Source: the human T2T-CHM13v2.0 reference genome, Homo sapiens. From it: a stretch of DNA of 64,000 bases. The translations under genes and the position numbers were made by a program. The stretch is taken from the NCBI RefSeq assembly GCF_009914755.1, contig NC_060933.1; one strand, 5' to 3'. A model generated the notes under the pieces. It was not told the origin of the DNA. It was given only the letters and a program-made list of their open reading frames with translations, and made no database searches. Positions within the stretch are counted from its first letter, which is position 1, and each line of letters begins with the position of its first letter. Positions 57,247 to 64,000 of the stretch are shown here, one piece after another.

Positions 57247-59224
57247 ATACAACAGTTTATCCATTCATTGATTGATGGGCATTTAGGTTGGTTCTATGTT
57301 TTGCAATTGTGAATTGTGCTGTTATAACCATGCATGTGCAAGTATCTTTTTCATATGATGACTTCTTTCCCTCTGGGTAGATACCCAGCAGTTGGATTGT
57401 TAACTCAAATGGTAGTTCTCCTTTTCGTTCTTTAAGGAATCTCCATACTGTTTTCCATAGTGGTTGTAGTTTACATTCCCACCAGCAGTGTAGAAGTGTT
57501 CCCTATTCACTGTATCCACGCCAACATCTATTATTTTTTATTATGGCCATTCTTGCGGGAGTAAGGTGATATCACATTGTGGTTTTGATTTGCATTTCAC
57601 TGATCATTAGTGATGTTAAGCATTTTGTTCATATGTTTGTTGGCCATTTGTATAACCTCTTTTGAGAATTGTCTATTCATGTCCTTAGCCCACTTTTTGA
57701 TGGGATCGTTTGTTTTTTTCTTGCTAATTTGTTTGAGTTTGTTGTAGATCCCAGATATTAGTCCTTTGTCAGATGAATAGATTGTGAAGATTTTCTCCCA
57801 CTCTGTGGGTTGTCTGTTTACACTGCTGACTGTTCCCTTTGCCATGCAAAAGTGCTTTAGTTTAATGAAGTCCCAGCTATTTACCTTTGTTTTTATTGCA
57901 TTTGCTTTGGAGTTCTTGGTCATGAAATCCTTACCGAAGCCAATGTCTAGAAGGGTTTTTCCAATGTTGTCTTCCAGAATTTTCATAGTTTTAGGTCTTT
58001 AAGTCCTTGATCCATCTTGAGTTGATTTTTGTATAAGGTGAGAGATGAGGATCCAGTTTCGTTCTCCAACATGTGGCTTGCCAATCCCAGTACCATTTGT
58101 TGAATAGGGTGTCCTTTCCCCACTTTATGTTTTCGTTTGGTTTGTCAAATATCAGTTGGCTGTAAGTATTGGGGTTTATTTCTGAGTTCTATATTCTGTT
58201 CCATTGGTCTATGTGCCTATTTTTATGCCAGTACCATGCTGTTTTGGTGAATATGGCCTTATAGTATAGTTTGAAATCAGGTAATGTGATGCTTCCAGAT
58301 TTGTTCTTTTTTGCTTGGTCTTGCTTTGGCTATGTGGGCTCTTTTTTCATCCATATGAATTTCAGGATTTTTTTTTCTAATTCTGTGAAGAATGATGGTG
58401 GTATTTTGATGGGAATTGTGTTGCATTTGTAGATTGCTTTTGGCAGTATGGTCATTTTCACAATATTGATTCTACCTATCCATGGGCATGGAATGTGTTT
58501 CCATTTGTTTCATCTGTGATTTCTTTCAGCAGTGTTTTGTAGTTTTTCTTGCAGAGGTCTTTCACCTCCTTGGTTAGGTATGTTCCTAAGTATTTTATTT
58601 TATTTTTGCAGCTATTGTAAAAGGAGTTGAGTTCTTGATTTGATTCTCAGCTTGGTCATTGCTGGTGTATAGAAGAGCTACTGATTTGTATACATTGATT
58701 TTGTATCCAAAAACTTTGCTGAATTCTTCATAAAAGGGTATATTAATTTCTAATTTCTTCTGTAATAAATGACCACAAACTTAGTGCCTTAAAGCAATAC
58801 AAATGTATTCTCTCTCAGTTCTGGAGATCAGAAGTCCAAAATTAGTTTCACTGGGCTAAAGTCAAGGTGTTGGCAGGGCCGCAGTCCCACTGAAGACTCC
58901 AGGGGGAAACCTGTGTTTTGCCTTTTTCAGCTTCATGAGGCCGTCTGCATTCTTTGACTCATGACCTCTTCCTTGCATCACCTTAGCCTCTTGCATCCAT
59001 CATCACATTTCTTACTTCCTGCTTTGACCTTCTTGCCTCCCTCTCACAAGAACCCCTGTGATTACTTTTAGGGCCTACCTGGATAATCCAGCAGCATCAT
59101 CTCCCCCTTTGAAGATCCTTAACTTAAGTACATCTGCAAAGTCCCTATAACATTCACAGATTCCAGGGATTAGGACCTGTATCTCTTGGGGGATAGTGGT
59201 AGTTGCATTATTCAGCTTACCACA
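56806..59224 (-). mobile_element. MLT1D/E-like LTR (TSD AAGGG), itself interrupted near one end by L1PB
   Basis: body 58752-59224: CCACAAACTTAGTGCCTTAAAGCAA..CTGGATAATCCAG..ATTCAGCTTACCACA. Confidence 0.85.
56819..58727 (-). mobile_element. 5'-truncated L1PB1-like element (~1.9 kb: ORF2 C-terminus plus 3'UTR)
   Basis: CATAGGTTATTGGGAAACAGGTGGTG 3'UTR; ORF2 peptide [25 protein letters not shown]; TSD TCATAAAAGGGTATATTAATTTCT. Confidence 0.93.
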
Positions 59225-59564
59225 AAGGGCTACACAAGGAATCTTGGTGGTGTTGGAACCGTTCAATATCTTGACTATGGTGTGGTTGTATCCCATACAA
59301 AGATCTACCCAGGGGATAAGATTGTGTAAAACTTAACACACACACACAATTGAGTACAAGTAAAACTGGTGAAATCTGAATGAGATGTGTGGCTTTTATC
59401 AATATCAATATTCTGATTGTGATATTATACTATGGTCTTGCAAAATGTCACCATTGAGGGGAAACTTGGCAAAGTGCATAAGAGTTCTCTCTGCATTCTG
59501 TCTTACAACTGCATGTGATTCTACAGTTATCTCAGGAAAATTTTTAATTATTAAAAAAGTGCTA

Positions 59565-60070
59565 GGCCAGGTGTGGTGGCTCATGCCTTCATATAGTTTG
59601 GCTGTGTCCCCATGCAAATCTCATTTTGAATTGTAGTTCTCATAATCCCCACATGTTGTTGGAGGGACCTGGTGGGAGGTAATTGAATCATGGGGGCAGT
59701 TACCCCCATGCTGCTGTTCTCATGATAGTGAGTGAGTTCTCAAGAGATCTGATAGTATTATAAGGGACTTTTACCCCTTTGCTCAGCACTCATTCTCCTT
59801 CCTGCTGCCATGTGAAGAAGAATATGTTTGCTTCCCCTTCTGCCATGATGGTAAGTTTCCAGAGACCTCCCCAGCCATGCTGAACTGTGAGTCAATTAAA
59901 CCTCTTTCCTTTATAAATTACCCAGTTTTGGATATGTCTTTGTTAGCAGCGTGAGAATGAACTAATACATGCCTGTAGTCCCAGCACTCTGGGAGGCCAA
60001 GGAAGGAGGATCCTTGAGCCCAGGAGTTCAAGACCAGCCTGGGCAACATAGAGAGACCGTGTCTCAAAAA
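59565..60070 (+). mobile_element. FLAM monomer split by a THE1 LTR
   Basis: GGCCAGGTGTGGTGGCTCATGCCT | TGCCTGTAGTCCCAGCACT..GACCGTGTCTCAAAAA. Confidence 0.88.
59589..59969 (+). mobile_element. THE1C-like solo LTR
   Basis: ATATAGTTTGGCTGTGTCCCC..GAACTAATACA; TSD TGCCT. Confidence 0.92.
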
Positions 60071-60089
60071 TAGTACTAGGCTGAAGGTA

Positions 60090-60627
60090 TGGCAGAAGCC
60101 AATTTGGTCATCTTCTCAGCTCCCTTTCCTTGTAATCTTGCAGTCCTGCCCACAAGGATGGGCTGTCAGCTGCCATGTGTTAGAAGCTGAGCTGACCCTC
60201 TTGGCTACAGGTGATGGCACCAGAAGTAAGCACCTGACCCAAGATGAGCCCGTTAGAGCCCATTCTTCAGTTCTTTGGTAATTTAGAATTGGGACGCCGG
60301 AGACAGCCACCCTGTGGATGGCTGGACTTGTCACATAGAAACATGACACTTGGGGTGTCCATGTTCTACCACGTACAGGGAGGAACAGGGGATGTTCATT
60401 CAAAGACAGGAGATCGGAGTCCCTCTGCAGAGGGAAGCAGACAAGAGCTGAAGAGGGTGCCTTGCTTTCCTATTGGCTTTCCACTTCCTGTTTCTAGTCC
60501 TTCTGGAGATGTGGCCCAATTTAGCCCCTGGATTTCATGAGATTCCTTGTAACAAATCTCCTCACTGCCACTCCCTGTCCTCCAGCTAGCTGAGAAAGAT
60601 TTCTATTATTTACAGTGCGGACTTTGA
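60090..60627 (+). mobile_element. LTR16-like ERVL LTR
   Basis: GCACCTGACCCAAGATGAGCC..AGCTAGCTGAGAAAGATTTCTATTATTTACA. Confidence 0.55.
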
Positions 60628-61029
60628 GCCATGGCCTGCCTAAGCCCTGGGTGCCCTGGGGAGGTTTGTGTGCTACCCTTCCAGGGTTCAGCACAGGGAG
60701 GGTATGCAAAGGGTCCTTTTTAATCTTGGACTTTGACCCCACTCCTGTCCTGTATCCTGTCAGTCTGTAAAATGCAGGAGTGGGCCTGTCAGCTGCCCTG
60801 AGAGCCCTCTCAGCTCTGCGGCTCTCTGCAATCAGTCCCACGCGTGGTGCACACAGTGGGAACTTGCTGACTGCTCATAGCATGGGGTGGAGGCTGTCCT
60901 GAGAATTGTGCCAGAGGATGGTCTGAGGACAGTGGGCAAACCCCAAACACTGTCATGTCTAGAGGAAAGGAGACTGAGAAGAGCCCAAGTCAGCTCCCCT
61001 AGGCAACCAGGAAACAATTTGCAAGATGG

Positions 61030-61330
61030 AATTCAACAAGCAATGCCAACAAGATCATAATGACCATATTTATGGGAGAACGTGGAGGCCCGCGTGCGGG
61101 TTTTCATTATCATGTGTATAAATGTGATGGCTCTGTGCAGCCAGCCTCCCGCTCCAGGCGGCAGCTGTTGGCTGGTGCATGGTAATTTGATGTAAATTGT
61201 CCCCAAATATGGTAGTTCCCTCCTCTGCCAGGGGAGTTTGAAGTCACAAACCTGGAGATGTTGGCAGCAGATGTTTTCTTACTCCTCCGCAGGCTGCTGG
61301 TATTGTGGAAAAGGATAACAAACCCAGAGA
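61030..61330. promoter_or_regulatory. candidate enhancer with CArG box and E-box
   Basis: CCAAATATGG 61203-61212, CAGCTG 61162-61167, TAAT motifs, retained CpGs in unique sequence. Confidence 0.4.
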
Positions 61331-61659
61331 CAATGCTTACCTGCACCACCTCTGGTGTGCCTGCTGTGAGACCTGCAGCACACGCGCCACCCCTCTGAGC
61401 CTGTTTCCACATCTGTAACATAGGCACAATGTCCTGTCAGGGTTACTTTGAGGAGTAGAAGAGATATACCCAGAGCATCCAGTACAGTGCTTTTATTAAT
61501 ATTCTTCTTTGGGACCTCGGTGGTGCCAGTTGTAGGAGCTGGGCAGTCAGTGCCCAAGCTTGTCTTCTAGTCCTAAATGGTGGGCTCCCCCAGGCAGAAA
61601 ACAGGAAGAGCAACATGATTAAAATAAAAGTGAAAGTTCTAGGGAGAAACCTTAGTCTA

Positions 61660-62320
61660 AGGACAGACTAAGGTTTAATTCAAGAGCTCACTGGAATTTG
61701 TAAGCAAAACATCAATACCCCAATATGTAAATGAGCAAAGGGTTCAAACAGACAATTCACACCGGAGAAAGACAAATAACAATCCAACACAAAGAAAAAT
61801 GTCTTTCCCCCCTCTTTTGCTTTACTTTTCTTTAATCCTCGGTGCAAGATATCAAATTAAAACAACCTCGAGATGGCTTTATTCCCACAAAATAAAAAAA
61901 TATGTATATTAAAATGAGTTTCTAGCTGAAGTGATACACTCCGCTGGGGAGGTAAAACTTATCCTGTAGCAGACATTTTGCAAGGCGATCTAATAATATG
62001 TACCAAAAGTCAAATCAAGATAAATGATCCAGGCATCTCACTAATGTGAATTTCTCCTGAGGAGATTATTCAACAGGAGGAAAACGCCAAATCAACAAAG
62101 ATGCCGTGAAAACATTTGAAAAGCGAGGTATGCATGCGTCAGTGGAAGATGGGGAAGCCATCCATGAGGTTCCACACAGAATACCCTGAAGTGCTTAAAA
62201 GGGTAGTTGTGTTTTGAGGATTAGGCATAGCATGTGGAACAATGTTTACAATGTATTTTTAATTTAAAAAAGGAGCACAAAAGGCTATTTATAGCATGAT
62301 GGAAACTATACACATGTGAC
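61660..62320 (+). mobile_element. L1ME-like ORF2 end/3' remnant
   Basis: AAATGAGCAAAGGGTTCAAACAGACAATTCAC..TGATCCAGGCATCTCACT. Confidence 0.65.
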
Positions 62321-62725
62321 TGTATGACGCAAATGGTGCCTCCTTGCAAAGGATGAGACATTGAGAGGGGTGCGCTGTCCAGCACAGAGGGAGACCCCCG
62401 GGAGGCATGAGATCTCTGTCTCTCAGTCCCAAAGGTCATCTCAGAGCAGCAGCAGCAGCAGCAGACAAGCTTTGAGAGGTCCCAGAAAGCAGGCCTAGCA
62501 CATGAGATGGAACTCTTTTGGGGGGCAGGTGGCAGCTCAGCTCAGGGAAGAGCCTTCTTGTGGTCAGTGACATGGGCTGGCCCCTGAGGTAGTGAGCTTT
62601 CAGGGGCTGGAGGTGTGCAAGCAAAGGCTGGAGTAGAGCTGGGCAGCTGGAATGATGTCACCTAGGATGGTTAAATGATATTAATCACATGTCTACTCAT
62701 ACCAGCCCATCTAGCCAAATATCCC

Positions 62726-63064
62726 TGTATTAGGCCATTCTTGCATTGCTATAAAGAAATACATGAGACAGGGTATTTTATAAAGAAAAGAGGTTTCATT
62801 GGCTCACAGTTCTTCAGGCTTTACAGGATGCAGGATGCTGGCATCTGCTCAGCTTCAGGGAAGGCCTCAGGAAACTTACAATCATGGCAGAAGGCACAGG
62901 GGGAGCAGGCACGTCACACGGTGGGAGGAGAAGCCAGCAAGAGACAGGGTAGAGGTGCCACACGCTTTTAAATGAACAGATATCTCAGGAGAACTCACTC
63001 ACTATCGCGAGAACAGCACCAAGGGGACGGTGCTAGGCCTGCTTTTTGGGCCCCTCAAAGCTTG

Positions 63065-63102
<38 letters not shown>

Positions 63103-63249
63103 GAGATGACCTTTGGGACTGAAGGACAGAAAAGCCATCACAAAAAATCCAACTTAATGACCCAATCACCTCCCACCAGGCTCACCTCCAACATTAGGTA
63201 TGAAAATTCAACATGAGATTTGGTGGGGACACAGATCCAAACCATAGCA
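62726..63249 (-). mobile_element. MSTA/MSTB solo LTR carrying an inverted templated insertion (63030-63130)
   Basis: TGTATTAGGCCATTCTTGCATTGCTATAAAG..CAGATCCAAACCATAGCA; TSD ATCCC. Confidence 0.92.
63066..63098. repeat. (CTG)11 trinucleotide repeat; inverted sister (CAG)6 at 62447-62464
   Basis: direct count. Confidence 0.97.
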
Positions 63250-63296
63250 ATCCCTAAAAGGGAAACAGAGTAAGCCCATTCATTCATGGAACACAG

Positions 63297-63420
63297 GGAA
63301 GAAAGAGGGAGAGGAAGAAGGAAGGGGAGGGAGGGAGGGAATGAGGGAGAGAGCAAAGGAGAAAAGAGAGGAAGAGATGGAGGGAGGGAGGGGGAGAAGG
63401 AGGGAGGAAGAGAAGGCAAG
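63297..63420. repeat. GA-rich polypurine tract
   Basis: GGAGGGAGG/GAAGAG runs. Confidence 0.85.
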
Positions 63421-64000
63421 GCCTGTCACATGCTAAGCAGGTATCTAATCCCTTTGTAAACACTGTCAGAAATTTATCTTCCTAATTGAAAAGCCCATGC
63501 GGGCTGGTTAATCCAGTCCATGTTAATGAGACCAAAACACATTAAAGTAGATATTGACTCCAGTCGTCAGAGAGCCAGGATTGAGGACACCAGGGGGAAT
63601 ATATTGACAAAAGTGAGGCTGGGGTCAGCCTTGGCCCCACGGACATTATCCTGCTGCTCCCTTGCTCAAACCACCCCACAAAGAGACCCAGTCATCCACC
63701 CAGGGCCTGCAGGATTTTCATTTCTTATGGGGAGAAAGTGCTACTTCCATGATGGAAGCCATTGGCCCCCTTAAATGGAAGAAAGTGGCCTTAAAAATAA
63801 AGGCCTAAATAAAAACATTCACTCAAACAAGTAGAGCAAAGTACAAATCTGTTCATGTTTAGTAACTTCAAAGAAATCATTACCAAGCCAGAGAGGGGCC
63901 TTCTGGGAGGCTGGGGTGAAGCAATGCTCAACCAATGCTTGTCTCCTGCTCATGACATTTAACCCCTCCTACAAAAGGTTAATACTCTTATCCTCAGCAT

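Larger units (their letters stand above)
56670..59555 (+). mobile_element. L1MD-like 3'UTR host (56670-56805 and 59225-59555)
   Basis: ATGATTCCATTTATATAACATT..ATAAAAGGG|CTACACAAGGAATCTT..CTTACAACTGCATGTGA. Confidence 0.8.

Noticed and set aside
57597-57986. 129-aa ORF2-like ORF
   Set aside because: Fragment of a 5'-truncated, inactive L1PB.

Overview
Primate, most likely human, non-coding genomic DNA (intergenic or deep intronic). The species call rests on an AluYa5 and a young SVA_F-like element. I find no credible protein-coding exon, RNA gene or CpG-island promoter; the ORF track is explained by repeats (Alu, SVA, L1 ORF2, Tigger1 transposase, microsatellites) or chance. Much of the window is interspersed repeat: MIR, L2, old L1M, L1PB/L1PA8, Alu/FLAM, MaLR and ERVL solo LTRs, and hAT/TcMar DNA transposons. 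Best-supported points of interest: (1) a three-level nest of L1MA > full-length SVA > AluYa5, with intact TSDs for both inserts; (2) a full-length Tigger1 carrying three Alus; (3) recurrent locally templated inverted insertions and duplications, two of ~100-130 bp copied from ~530-570 bp upstream (one with a CAG tract that differs between copies) plus several micro fold-backs; (4) a few unique, motif-dense enhancer candidates, including a CArG + E-box cluster. I do not see evidence for a genuinely new biological system. Repeat subfamily names are from recalled consensus sequences, and boundaries of old repeats are approximate.
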